DNA from: Candidatus Rokuibacteriota bacterium
GTDB taxonomy: Bacteria > Methylomirabilota > Methylomirabilia > Rokubacteriales > DASRDR01
Assembly: GCA_044866005.1 (NCBI GenBank)
Contig: JBIOTN010000051.1
Coordinates: 1 to 34,833 of the forward strand
Direction: 5' to 3'
DNA: 34,833 nt
In this document: one piece after another, positions 17,070 through 25,774 of the stretch
Layout: each line of letters begins with the position of its first letter
How positions within the stretch are numbered: position 1 is the first letter of the stretch
Notes under the pieces: model-generated
Seen by the model: the letters and a program-made list of their open reading frames with translations, nothing else
The model's database searches: none
Told to the model about the DNA's origin: nothing
Program-made: the position numbers and the translations under genes

Positions 17070-17369
17070 ATGGCGACGGAAGCTCGTGGCTCCGCCCCCG
17101 GTGGGCGACGCGGCAGGAGGCTGTCGAAACCGGCCGAGCCGGGCGCCGCCCGGCTGCCCAGGCCGGGCCGGCGGATGCCTGTGCCGGCCGAGGTCCCCGC
17201 GCGGCTCAAGGACGTGCTGGTCCGGGCCGAAACGGTCATCGCCGAGACCCGCCGGGTGATCCGCGCCCTTCGCAGGAACCTCTCGCGCCAGCGCGCCGCG
17301 GCCCGACTGGTGCTCCGCGGCCAGCCCCGGGTCGCCCGCCGGCAACGGCCGACGCGCCGGCGGGGTTGA
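17070..17369 (+). CDS. Small Arg-rich putative coiled-coil protein (hypothetical)
   Basis: The segment ARLKDVLVRAETVIAETRRVIRALRRNLSRQR is amphipathic with host-like codons. Start uncertain (17061, 17070 or 17175). Confidence 0.45.
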   Translation: MATEARGSAPGGRRGRRLSKPAEPGAARLPRPGRRMPVPAEVPARLKDVLVRAETVIAETRRVIRALRRNLSRQRAAARLVLRGQPRVARRQRPTRRRG

Positions 17370-17572
17370 CCTCGTTCGGGCCGCCAGTGCCGTAAGGGTC
17401 TCCCAGGCCCAACCGTGACGGCCGCCCTAAGGGTAAACCCGCGCGCCCAGCTTCCCAACACCTCGCCGGACACCGAGACGCGTCCCTGACGTGATCGCCG
17501 GGCGGCAGCGTAGCGCGGGCCGCCGTCCGGTGTCTGCGGCGACCGGGCGGCGGGATCGCCCCGTCAGCAGTC

Positions 17573-17806
17573 GTGGCAGTGGCGAGGAGCCGACGTTCGG
17601 CATCCCGCCAGTCCGCCGTGTCATCACCATCGGCACTCGCGTTGCAGCGTGTGTCGGACATGGTTGTGCGCAGAGACCGGACCCGGCAGAAAGTCCTCGT
17701 GGACATGCTCGCGCGACTCGAGCAGGCGCTCGGGCATCTTCACCGCGAGCTCGTCCGCCTGCGCGGCACGCCACGCACGAAGCGCGCGAAGCGGCGGGGA
17801 CGGTAA
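17573..17806 (+). CDS. Small Arg-rich putative coiled-coil protein (hypothetical)
   Basis: RQKVLVDMLARLEQALGHLHRELVRLRGTPRTKRAKRRGR shows a heptad pattern and a basic tail. Alternative start ATG 17660. Confidence 0.5.
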   Translation: MAVARSRRSASRQSAVSSPSALALQRVSDMVVRRDRTRQKVLVDMLARLEQALGHLHRELVRLRGTPRTKRAKRRGR

Positions 17807-17927
17807 CCGTTCCCGCTCGCATGGCGCGACGACCGCCGACCGCGCCCTCCGCCTGATCGGCTCACGAGGCCGGTCCGGCCCGCATGCGGCCGCCCACCGG
17901 CGGCCGCGTCCGGCCCCGCCCGCGCGT

Positions 17928-17956
17928 TTGCGGACCGCCGTCGGGCTTGCTAGACT
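17928..17956 (+). promoter_or_regulatory. sigma70 promoter for the proline dehydrogenase/aconitase X cluster
   Basis: TTGCGG (17928-17933), 17-bp spacer, TAGACT (17951-17956) with an extended TG. Confidence 0.6.
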
Positions 17957-17966
17957 GTCGGGGTCC

Positions 17967-18002
17967 GCGGCCCCCAACGCCTACGCGGCCCCCAACGCCT
18001 AC
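17967..18002 (+). repeat. Perfect 2 x 18-bp tandem repeat in the 5' leader
   Basis: GCGGCCCCCAACGCCTAC at 17967-17984 and 17985-18002. Confidence 0.9.
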
Positions 18003-18013
18003 ACGGAGAGGGC

Positions 18014-18934
18014 GTGCTCCGGAGTCTCCTCCTCCGCGTGTCGACCAACCCGTCCATCGGCCGCGCGCTCGACCGCGTGCCGGCCTCGAAGCGTGTCGTC
18101 CGGCGCTTCGTCGCGGGCGAGCGGGCGGACGAGGCGATCGCGGTGCTGGCCCGGCTGGACGCCGACGGGCTCGACTCGGCGGTCACGTATCTCGGCGAGA
18201 ACGTCACGACGGCGAAGGAGGCGCGCGCCGCCGCCGAGACGTACTGCGGGCTCCTGGACGAGATTCATCGCCGCCGCCTCCGGACGACCCCCTCCTTGAA
18301 GCTCACCCACCTGGGGCTCGACCTCGGCGAGGACGTCGCCCTCGAGAACGTCGAGCGCGTCCTGGACCGGGCGGCCGGCACCGTCGTCTGGCTCGACATG
18401 GAAGGGAGCGCCTACACGGAGCGGACGCTCGCCTTCTACCGACGCGTGCGCCGGCGCTGGCCCAACGTCGCCTGCGTGGTGCAGGCCTACCTCTACCGGA
18501 CGGAGGCCGATCTCAAGGCGCTGCTGCCGGGCGGTGTCCGGGTCCGGCTCTGCAAGGGCGCTTACCGGGAGCCGCCGACGGTCGCGTTCCCCCGGAAGGC
18601 GGACGTGGACCGCAACTATGCGCGGCTGGCCGGACTCGTCCTGTCGCCCGCCGCCCGGCGGGCCGGAGCCTACCCCGGCTTCGCGACCCACGACGAGCGG
18701 CTGATCCGGGTCCTGCTCGACAAGACCCGCGAGCTGGGTGTCCCGTCCGACCGCTTCGAGTTCCAGATGCTCTACGGCATCCGGCCGGACCTCCACGCGC
18801 CCCTGAGGGCTGCCGGCGCGCGGCTGCGCGTCCTCGTCCCGTTCGGCGAGGACTGGTACGGCTACTTCGTTCGCCGGCTGGCCGAGCGGCCCGCGAACCT
18901 GCTCTTCCTCCTCAAGAACCTCGTGCGCGGCTGA
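18014..18934 (+). CDS. Monofunctional proline dehydrogenase (PutB/FadM-type)
   Basis: RRFVAGE, SLKLTHLG, LDMEGS, QAYLYRT, RLCKGAY, FATHD, FEFQMLYG and YFVRRLAERPAN. Confidence 0.93.
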   Translation: MLRSLLLRVSTNPSIGRALDRVPASKRVVRRFVAGERADEAIAVLARLDADGLDSAVTYLGENVTTAKEARAAAETYCGLLDEIHRRRLRTTPSLKLTHLGLDLGEDVALENVERVLDRAAGTVVWLDMEGSAYTERTLAFYRRVRRRWPNVACVVQAYLYRTEADLKALLPGGVRVRLCKGAYREPPTVAFPRKADVDRNYARLAGLVLSPAARRAGAYPGFATHDERLIRVLLDKTRELGVPSDRFEFQMLYGIRPDLHAPLRAAGARLRVLVPFGEDWYGYFVRRLAERPANLLFLLKNLVRG

Positions 18935-18950
18935 CGCGGGCGGCGCGGGC

Positions 18951-20210
18951 GTGCGACTCACCGACGAAGAGCAGGCCTGGCGCGACGGGCGCGCCGGGGA
19001 GGCCACCCGGCTGGCGCTCGAGCTGGTGGCGCGGATGGGCGAGCTCTACGGCGCCGAGCGGCTCGTCCCGATCAGTCAGGCGCACATCGACGCCTGCCTC
19101 TACACGAACGACGCCGGGCTGGAGTTCGCCGAGCGCCTGGCCGCGCTCGGCGCGCGCGTGCGTGTGCCGACCACGCTCAACGTCACGGCGCGGGACATCC
19201 GGCGCTGGGAGGCGTTCCGCGTGCCGGTGGACTGGGCTTCCCGGTCCCGGCGGCTCGAAACGGCCTACGAGGCGCTCGGCTGTCTGCCCACCTGGACCTG
19301 CGCCCCCTACGAGCACGGGCTCGTGCCCCGCCTGGGCGAGCAGGTCGCCTGGGGCGAGTCCAACGCCGTCGCGTACGTCAACACGGTGATCGGCGCCCGC
19401 ACGAACCGCTACGCGGACTTCCTCGACGTCGCCTGCGCGCTGACCGGGCGGGCGCCGGCGTTCGGGCTCCACCTGGACGCCGGGCGCCGCGGGCAGCTCC
19501 TGGTCGATCTCTCCGAGCTGCCCGCGACGCTCCGGACCCACCCCGCGCTCTACCCCGTCCTCGGCTACCATGTCGGCGCGCTGGCCGGCGAGCGCGTGCC
19601 GGTCCTGGACGGCGTGCCGCGGACGGTGCGGGCGGTGGACCTCAAGGCCTTCTGCGCCGCCGCGGCGACGTCCGGCGCGCTGGCGCTCGCCCACGTGGTC
19701 GGCGTCACTCCCGAAGCGCCCACCCGCGAGGCCGCGTTCCAGGGCGCCCCGCCCGAGGCCACCGTCGTGGTGACGCGCGCGGAGCTCTCCGCCGCGCGCG
19801 AGCGGCTGTCGTTCGCGCCGCTTCAGGGCGTGGACCTCGTGAAGCTCGGCTGCCCGCACCTCTCGCTCGCCGAGGCCATCGAGGTCGCCGAGCACGTCCG
19901 CAGCCGGCGGGTCAGGGCGGGGCTCGAGTTCTGGGTCTCCACCAGCCGCGCGGTCGAGCGAGAGCTCGAGACGGCGGGGCACCTGGACGTGCTCGCGGCG
20001 GCCGGCGTCCGGCTCCTCACCGACACGTGCGCGATGACGACGCGGATCGACGGCTGGGGCTTCACCCACATGCTCACGAACTCGGCGAAGCAGGCTCACT
20101 ACGCCGCGGCGAGCGGCCTCGAGGCCACCGTGGCGCCGCTCCCGGCGTGCGTGGCGCACGCGCTGGGGGATCCCGTGGAGGACGACGAGGACGCGTTGTG
20201 GGCGGGGTGA
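18951..20210 (+). CDS. Aconitase X large (catalytic) subunit, DUF521
   Basis: AHID, TWTCAPY, AWGESNAV, IGARTN, HVVGVTPEA, LGCPHLS, DTC and TNSAKQAHY. Confidence 0.9.
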   Translation: MRLTDEEQAWRDGRAGEATRLALELVARMGELYGAERLVPISQAHIDACLYTNDAGLEFAERLAALGARVRVPTTLNVTARDIRRWEAFRVPVDWASRSRRLETAYEALGCLPTWTCAPYEHGLVPRLGEQVAWGESNAVAYVNTVIGARTNRYADFLDVACALTGRAPAFGLHLDAGRRGQLLVDLSELPATLRTHPALYPVLGYHVGALAGERVPVLDGVPRTVRAVDLKAFCAAAATSGALALAHVVGVTPEAPTREAAFQGAPPEATVVVTRAELSAARERLSFAPLQGVDLVKLGCPHLSLAEAIEVAEHVRSRRVRAGLEFWVSTSRAVERELETAGHLDVLAAAGVRLLTDTCAMTTRIDGWGFTHMLTNSAKQAHYAAASGLEATVAPLPACVAHALGDPVEDDEDALWAG

Positions 20211-20698
20211 GCGAGCGCGTGACGGCGCGGCCGGTCATCCCCGGACGGGGGGAAGGGCCCGCCCTCGTCTCGCCCGAGCCGCTCTCCTTCTGGGGCGACG
20301 TGGACCCGGGCACGGGGCGCGTGACGAACCCGCGCCACGCCCTCCACGGCGAGCGCCTGTCGGGCCGCGTGCTCGTCTTCCCGCAGGGGCGGGGCTCGTG
20401 TACGACCTCGAACGTGCTGCTCGAGCTCATCCGGACCGGCCAGGCGCCGGCCGCGATCGTCAGCCGGTCGGTCGAGCCGGTCCTGGCCGTCGGCCCCCTG
20501 GTGGGTGAGATGCTCTACGGGCGGACGATTCCCACCGTGACGGTCGACGCGGAGGCGTTCGGGCTCATTCGATCCGGGGACTGGCTCGTCGTGGACGCGG
20601 TCGGCGGCGCGGTCGAGCGGCGGCCCGCGCCGGCTCGGCTTCCGCGGACCGCCGGGGCTCGGTCCCGATCCACACCGGGTACCGCCAAGGAGGGATGA
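20207..20698 (+). CDS. Aconitase X small (swivel) subunit, DUF126
   Basis: GTGA overlap with the large-subunit stop. Motifs GEGPALVSPEPLSFWGDVDP, LVFPQGRGSCTTS and APAAIV. Confidence 0.88.
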   Translation: MSERVTARPVIPGRGEGPALVSPEPLSFWGDVDPGTGRVTNPRHALHGERLSGRVLVFPQGRGSCTTSNVLLELIRTGQAPAAIVSRSVEPVLAVGPLVGEMLYGRTIPTVTVDAEAFGLIRSGDWLVVDAVGGAVERRPAPARLPRTAGARSRSTPGTAKEG

Positions 20699-20704
20699 GG
20701 AGGG

Positions 20705-21058
20705 ATGGCGACACACCGACGGCGCACGAAGCGTCAGAAGAGAGCACGCCGGGCGGCGCGCCGGCGCCCCGCCCCCACGCGTCAGATGCTCGCGGTCCTG
20801 GCGCGGCGCACGAACGACCTGTTTGTCGAGCTGGCCACGCTGAGCGGTCGGCTCGCCTATCTCGAGGACGCGCTCCGCCGCGTCCGCCAGGAATGCGCCA
20901 ATCTCGTCCAGCGGCGGCTGCGCCGGCTGGTGGCCCAGGGCCAGCGGCGGCGACTCTCCACCCGACGGCGCCCGCCGGCGCCGCGCCTGCTCGCGGCCGC
21001 GCGGCCGGGCGCGGGTCGCCCCTGGCCGGCGGCCGCGTCGGCGGGACGCGCGGCATGA
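20705..21058 (+). CDS. Small basic-region/leucine-zipper-like hypothetical protein
   Basis: AGGAGG RBS. Arg/Lys-rich N-terminus followed by heptads L-ARRTND-L-FVELAT-L-SGRLAY-L-EDALRR-V-RQECAN-L. ATGA overlap with the racemase start. Confidence 0.65.
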   Translation: MATHRRRTKRQKRARRAARRRPAPTRQMLAVLARRTNDLFVELATLSGRLAYLEDALRRVRQECANLVQRRLRRLVAQGQRRRLSTRRRPPAPRLLAAARPGAGRPWPAAASAGRAA

Positions 21059-22065
21059 GCTTCCTTCGCCTGCTCTCGGCGCTCGACTACCACACCGAGG
21101 GCGAGCCGATGCGGATCGTCACCTCCGGCGTGGCTCCGCTGCCGGGTCGCACGATGCTCGAGCGGAGCGCGTACTTCGCGGCGCACCACGACGGGCTCCG
21201 GCGCCTGATCCTCCACGAGCCTCGCGGGCACGCCGCGATGTGCGCGGCGCTGCTCACGCCCCCGGCCGACACGGACGCGGACACCGGCGTGGTCTTCATG
21301 GAGCCGCTGGGGGTCGTCCACATGTGCGGGCACGGCGCGATCGCGATCGCGACCATGCTGGTCGAGACCGGGGCCGTGGCCGCGCGGGAGCCGGAGACGC
21401 CGGTCGTCCTGGACACGGCGGCCGGGCCCGTCGCGGCGCGGGTCCGCGTGGAGGGTGACCGGGTCCGGGGCGCGACGATCCGGAACGTCCCCTCCTACTC
21501 GGCCCTTCTCGACGCCAAGGTGACGGTGCCGGGCCTCGGCCCCGTGGCCTTCGACCTCGCCTACGGCGGCCACTTCTACGCGCTCGTCGAGGCGGCGCCG
21601 CTCGGGCTCACGCTGGACCCCGGCGAGGCATCGCGCCTCGTCGCGCTGGGCGAGCAGATCCGAGCGGCCATCGAGGATGAGGTGCCGCTCGTGCACCCCG
21701 AAGGGGAGCAGTCGAAGGGGCTCCTCTACGTCCAGTTCTACGGGCCGCCCCGCCACCCGCGCGCTCAGCTGCGCAACGCGGTGGTCGTGGCGCCCGCGGG
21801 GCTCGACCGCTCCCCGTGCGGGACGGGCACCTCCGCGCGACTGGCCAACCTCTGGGCGCGCGGCGGGATCGCGCTGGGCCGCGAGTTCGTCCACGAGTCG
21901 ATCATCGGGACGCTCTTCGAGGCGCGCGTGGTGGGGACGACGCGGGTGGGTCCGCACGAGGCCGTGATCCCGGAGATCACGGGCCGAGCCTACCTCACCG
22001 GCGTGACCCAGCTCGTCCTGCGCCCCGACGATCCGTTCCCCGCGGGGTTTCTCCTGCAGACCTGA
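21055..22065 (+). CDS. Proline racemase / hydroxyproline 2-epimerase family protein (Cys/Cys type)
   Basis: DYHTEGEPMR, EPRGH, MCGHG, DRSPCGTGT and EITGRAY. Homology begins at ATG 21055, although the frame is open from 20695. Confidence 0.92.
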   Translation: MSFLRLLSALDYHTEGEPMRIVTSGVAPLPGRTMLERSAYFAAHHDGLRRLILHEPRGHAAMCAALLTPPADTDADTGVVFMEPLGVVHMCGHGAIAIATMLVETGAVAAREPETPVVLDTAAGPVAARVRVEGDRVRGATIRNVPSYSALLDAKVTVPGLGPVAFDLAYGGHFYALVEAAPLGLTLDPGEASRLVALGEQIRAAIEDEVPLVHPEGEQSKGLLYVQFYGPPRHPRAQLRNAVVVAPAGLDRSPCGTGTSARLANLWARGGIALGREFVHESIIGTLFEARVVGTTRVGPHEAVIPEITGRAYLTGVTQLVLRPDDPFPAGFLLQT

Positions 22066-22080
22066 GGAAAGGAGCCACTC

Positions 22081-23637
22081 ATGCGACGGATGCTCGGTGT
22101 CTGGCTGGGCCTGGCCCTGCTCGGCCTGGCCGCCCTCCCGCTCGCGGGTCCGACAGCGGCGCAGCAGCCGGTGCGCGGCGGTACGCTCACCTTCGCGGCC
22201 GGCGCGGATCCCGACAGTCTCGACCCGCAGAACACGCAGTCGAACCCCGGCGAGCAGGTGAACCGGATGATGTACGACAACCTCGTCCGGTTCAACGCGA
22301 AGATGCAGCTCGAGCCCGCCCTCGCCGAGTCCTGGAGCCAGTCGGCGGACGGCCTGAGCTGGACGTTCAAGCTCCGGAAGGGCGTCAGGTTCCACGACGG
22401 CACCCCCTTCGACGCCAAGGCGGTGAAGTACTTCTTCGACCGCGTGCTGGGCGAGGAGAAGCCCTTCAAGGCGAGCCTCTATACCCCGTTCGTCCAGGGG
22501 GCCGAGGTGGTGGACGACGCGACGGTGCGGCTCAGCCTGAAGCAGCCCTTCGCGGCCTTCCTCTTCCGGATGGCCCACTCGGCAGGCGGCATCGTCTCGC
22601 CGGCCGCGCACCAGAAGTGGGGCAAGGACCTCACGCTCCACCCGGTGGGGACCGGTCCCTTCAGGTTCGTCGAGTGGGTCAAGGGTGACCGGGTGGTCCT
22701 CGAGCGGAACGACGGCTACTGGGGCGGCCGGGCGAACCTCGACCGCGTGCTGGTCAAGACGGTCCGCGAGGACGCAGCCCGCGTGCTCATGCTGGAGTCC
22801 GGCGACGCCGACCTGATCGTCAACATCCCGCCGGAAGAGATCCCGCGGCTCCGGAAAGACGCCCGCTTCACGGTGGAGTCGATCCCGACCGCCCGGGCGC
22901 TCTTCATCACGATCAACGTCCGGAAGAAGCCGTTCGACGACGTGCGCGTGCGCCAGGCGCTCAACTACGCGGTCAACAAGGAGGCCCTCGTCAAGGAGCT
23001 CTACCAGGGAAACGCCGAGGCCATCCCGGGCATCGTCGCGCCTCTCCAGAACGGCTACGCGAAGCTCCCCGGCTACGGCTACGACCCCAAGAAGGCCAAA
23101 GAGCTGCTCGCCCAGGCGGGGCAGTCGAGCCTGAAGGTCAAGCTCTGGTCGCCCAAGGGCCGCTACGTCAAGGACTACGAGCTGGCGCAGGCGGTGCAGC
23201 AGGACCTCGCCGCGGTCGGGGTCGAGGCGGCGCTCTCCACGATGGAGTGGGGCGCGTACCTGGCGGCGACGAAGGCACCGCCCGAGCAGACCGACCGTGA
23301 GCTCTTCCTGCTCGGCTGGTCCCCGTCCACCGGCGAGGCGCACTGGGGGACGTTCCCGCTGCTCCACGGCTCCCAGCAGGCTCCCAAGGGGGACAACCGC
23401 GGCTTCTTCGCCGGGAAGGCGCTCGACGACGCGATCGACAAGGCCACGGTGGCCACGAGCGACCGGGCGCGGCTCGGGGCGCTCCGCGAGGTGCAGCAGA
23501 TCGTGATCCGGGAGGCGCCGCACGTCTTCCTCATCTCGCCGAACATGATCGTGGGGGCGACGAAGAAGGTGCACGAGGTCGTCAATCTGCCTCTCGAGCT
23601 GACGTACCTGACCGAGAAGTCCTGGAAGGAGAAGTAA
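22081..23637 (+). CDS. ABC transporter substrate-binding protein, family 5 (DppA/GsiB-like)
   Basis: AAGGAG RBS and signal peptide. Motifs PALAESW, WTFKLRKGVRFHDGTPF, PVGTGPFRF and VRVRQALNYAVN. Confidence 0.93.
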   Translation: MRRMLGVWLGLALLGLAALPLAGPTAAQQPVRGGTLTFAAGADPDSLDPQNTQSNPGEQVNRMMYDNLVRFNAKMQLEPALAESWSQSADGLSWTFKLRKGVRFHDGTPFDAKAVKYFFDRVLGEEKPFKASLYTPFVQGAEVVDDATVRLSLKQPFAAFLFRMAHSAGGIVSPAAHQKWGKDLTLHPVGTGPFRFVEWVKGDRVVLERNDGYWGGRANLDRVLVKTVREDAARVLMLESGDADLIVNIPPEEIPRLRKDARFTVESIPTARALFITINVRKKPFDDVRVRQALNYAVNKEALVKELYQGNAEAIPGIVAPLQNGYAKLPGYGYDPKKAKELLAQAGQSSLKVKLWSPKGRYVKDYELAQAVQQDLAAVGVEAALSTMEWGAYLAATKAPPEQTDRELFLLGWSPSTGEAHWGTFPLLHGSQQAPKGDNRGFFAGKALDDAIDKATVATSDRARLGALREVQQIVIREAPHVFLISPNMIVGATKKVHEVVNLPLELTYLTEKSWKEK

Positions 23638-23904
23638 CGGCGGCCGCCGCGGCGTGTCGCCTCCCCGCGGGTCCTGTCGCCGGCTCGCCCCGGTGCGGCC
23701 GGGCTCCGTCACCCGTTGGCGCCCTCCCGCAGCTCCGGCGATCTGCGGGAGGAGCGCGCAGGGGTCCCACCTCGCCCGGCCGGCTGCGGGGCGCCGCCGG
23801 CGCCACCCGCGACGACGGCGGCCACGTCACGACCGGGTCACCGCGACAGGATCGGCGGCGACAGGGCCGATCGGCAAGCCGGCGACAACACCTGCGGAGA
23901 GGTC

Positions 23905-24825
23905 GTGACCGTCTACGTGGCTCGCCGCGTGCTCCTGCTGATCCCCGTGCTGCTGGGGGTCAGCCTCGCCTCGTTCGGGCTCCTCCAGCTCGTGCCGGGC
24001 GACCCGGCCCTCGTCCTGGCGGGGGAGGAGGCGACCGAGGAGGTGCTGGCCCGGATCCGCCAGGAACACGGCCTCGACCGGCCGCTCCCCGTCCAGTTCC
24101 TCGTCTACCTCCGGAACGCGGTCCGCGGGAACCTCGGGGTGTCGATCCAGTCGCGCCAGCCGGTCGCCACGCTCATCGGCCAGCGGTTCCCCTTCACCCT
24201 CCGGCTCGCGCTGCTCGCCATCCTCGTCTCGGCGGCACTCGGCGTGGTCGCGGGCGTCGTCGCCGCGACCCGCCGCAACTCGGCGGTCGATCTGGTGGCG
24301 CTGCTCGGCTCCCTGGTGGGCATCTCCATGCCGATCTTCTGGCTGGGGCTGCTCGCCATCCTCGTCTTCGCCGTGAGGCTCCACTGGTTTCCGGCCGGGG
24401 GCAGCGGCACCGCCGCCCACCTCGTTCTCCCCGCCGTCGTCCTCGGCGCCGCCTCCTCCGGGGTGATCGCCCGGATGACGCGGGCCTCCATGCTCGAGGT
24501 GCTGCGGCAGGACTACGTCCGCACGGCCCGCGCCAAGGGCGTCCGCGAGCGCGCCGTCGTCTACCGGCACGCCCTGAAGAACGCGATGATCCCCATCCTG
24601 ACCGTCTTCGGGCTCGAGTTCGGCTATAACCTCGGCGGCGCGGTCCTGACCGAGACGGTCTTCTCGCTCCCCGGCGCCGGCCGGCTCATCGTCGAGGGCA
24701 TCTTCGCCCGCGACTATCCCGTGGTGCAGGGCGCGATGCTGGTGGTCGCCACGACCTTCGTGCTCGTCAACCTGCTGACCGACCTCGCGTATGCCCTCGT
24801 CGATCCCCGCATCCGCTACGAGTGA
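23905..24825 (+). CDS. Peptide/nickel ABC transporter permease (DppB-like)
   Basis: GGAGAGG precedes GTG 23905. Motifs LVPGDPA, GLDRPLPVQF, DYVRTARAKG, ETVFSLPG and RDYPVVQG. Confidence 0.92.
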   Translation: MTVYVARRVLLLIPVLLGVSLASFGLLQLVPGDPALVLAGEEATEEVLARIRQEHGLDRPLPVQFLVYLRNAVRGNLGVSIQSRQPVATLIGQRFPFTLRLALLAILVSAALGVVAGVVAATRRNSAVDLVALLGSLVGISMPIFWLGLLAILVFAVRLHWFPAGGSGTAAHLVLPAVVLGAASSGVIARMTRASMLEVLRQDYVRTARAKGVRERAVVYRHALKNAMIPILTVFGLEFGYNLGGAVLTETVFSLPGAGRLIVEGIFARDYPVVQGAMLVVATTFVLVNLLTDLAYALVDPRIRYE

Positions 24826-25693
24826 GCTCTACCCGGTCGCGGCGCGCCCGGCCTCCGGCTTCTGGGCCGACACGCTCCGCCGGGTGGTCCGGAACCGGGC
24901 CGCCGCCGCGGGCGGGACCATCGTCGCCGCCTTCGTCGCCGTGGCCGTGCTCGCGCCGGTGCTCGCCCCGTACGAGCCGCTCCGCGGCCGCCTGGCGGAG
25001 CGCCTCCGGCCGCCCAGCGCCGCCCACTGGCTCGGCACCGACGAGCTCGGCCGGGACGTGCTGAGCCGGGTGCTCCACGGGGCGCGGATCTCGCTCCAGA
25101 TCCAGGTCGCCGCCGTCGGGCTGGCCGTGGGGGTCGGCACGGCGCTCGGGCTGCTCGCCGGGTACGTGGGGCGCTGGCCGGATCAGCTCGTCATGCGGGT
25201 CATGGACATCCTGATGGCGTTTCCCGGGATCTTCCTGGCGCTCGCCATCATCGCGGCACTGGGCACGGGGCTGGGGAACGTGATCATCGCCACCGCGATC
25301 TTCCTGGTGCCGCAGTTCGCGCGCGTCGTCCGCGCCTCGATCCTGTCGCTGAAGGAGAAGGAGTTCGTGGAGGCGGCGCGGGCGCTGGGGGAGGGCGATG
25401 TCGCGATCGTCCTGCGCTACCTCCTCCCGAACTCGCTCGCCCCGATCATCGTGCAGACGAGCCTCCGGATGGCCACGGTGCTGCTCACGGCGTCGGGGCT
25501 CTCCTTCCTCGGACTGGGCGTCCAGCCGCCGGCGCCGGAGTGGGGCGCCATGCTCTCCAACGCCCGGAGCTACATGATCACGGCCCCCCACGTGGCCACC
25601 ATGCCGGGGCTCGCCATCATGCTGGTGGTGCTGGGCTTCAACCTCCTGGGGGACGGCTTACGGGATTCCCTCGACCCGCGCCTCCGCGAGTAG
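24791..25693 (+). CDS. Peptide/nickel ABC transporter permease (DppC-like)
   Basis: HWLGTDELGRDVLSR, EFVEAARALG, LSFLGLG, PEWGAML and GDGLRDSLDP. Start uncertain. Confidence 0.92.
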   Translation: MPSSIPASATSELYPVAARPASGFWADTLRRVVRNRAAAAGGTIVAAFVAVAVLAPVLAPYEPLRGRLAERLRPPSAAHWLGTDELGRDVLSRVLHGARISLQIQVAAVGLAVGVGTALGLLAGYVGRWPDQLVMRVMDILMAFPGIFLALAIIAALGTGLGNVIIATAIFLVPQFARVVRASILSLKEKEFVEAARALGEGDVAIVLRYLLPNSLAPIIVQTSLRMATVLLTASGLSFLGLGVQPPAPEWGAMLSNARSYMITAPHVATMPGLAIMLVVLGFNLLGDGLRDSLDPRLRE

Positions 25694-25734
25694 GAACGGG
25701 CGGGAGCCCGGAGGCCGCCTGGGGCCCCGTTTGG

Positions 25735-25764
25735 TTGACAGCGCGGGGAGGCGTTGCGTATCAT
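25735..25764 (+). promoter_or_regulatory. sigma70 promoter for HNH-uvrB
   Basis: TTGACA (25735-25740), 18-bp spacer, TATCAT (25759-25764). Confidence 0.7.
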
Positions 25765-25774
25765 TTCCAGCCGT

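Noticed and set aside
20695..21054. 120-aa N-terminal extension as a true domain of the proline racemase
   Set aside because: P/A/G/R low-complexity sequence; family homology begins at 21055. It is kept only as a possible alternative start in the findings.
20857..23712. 951-aa minus-strand ORF
   Set aside because: Antisense shadow of the racemase and binding-protein genes.
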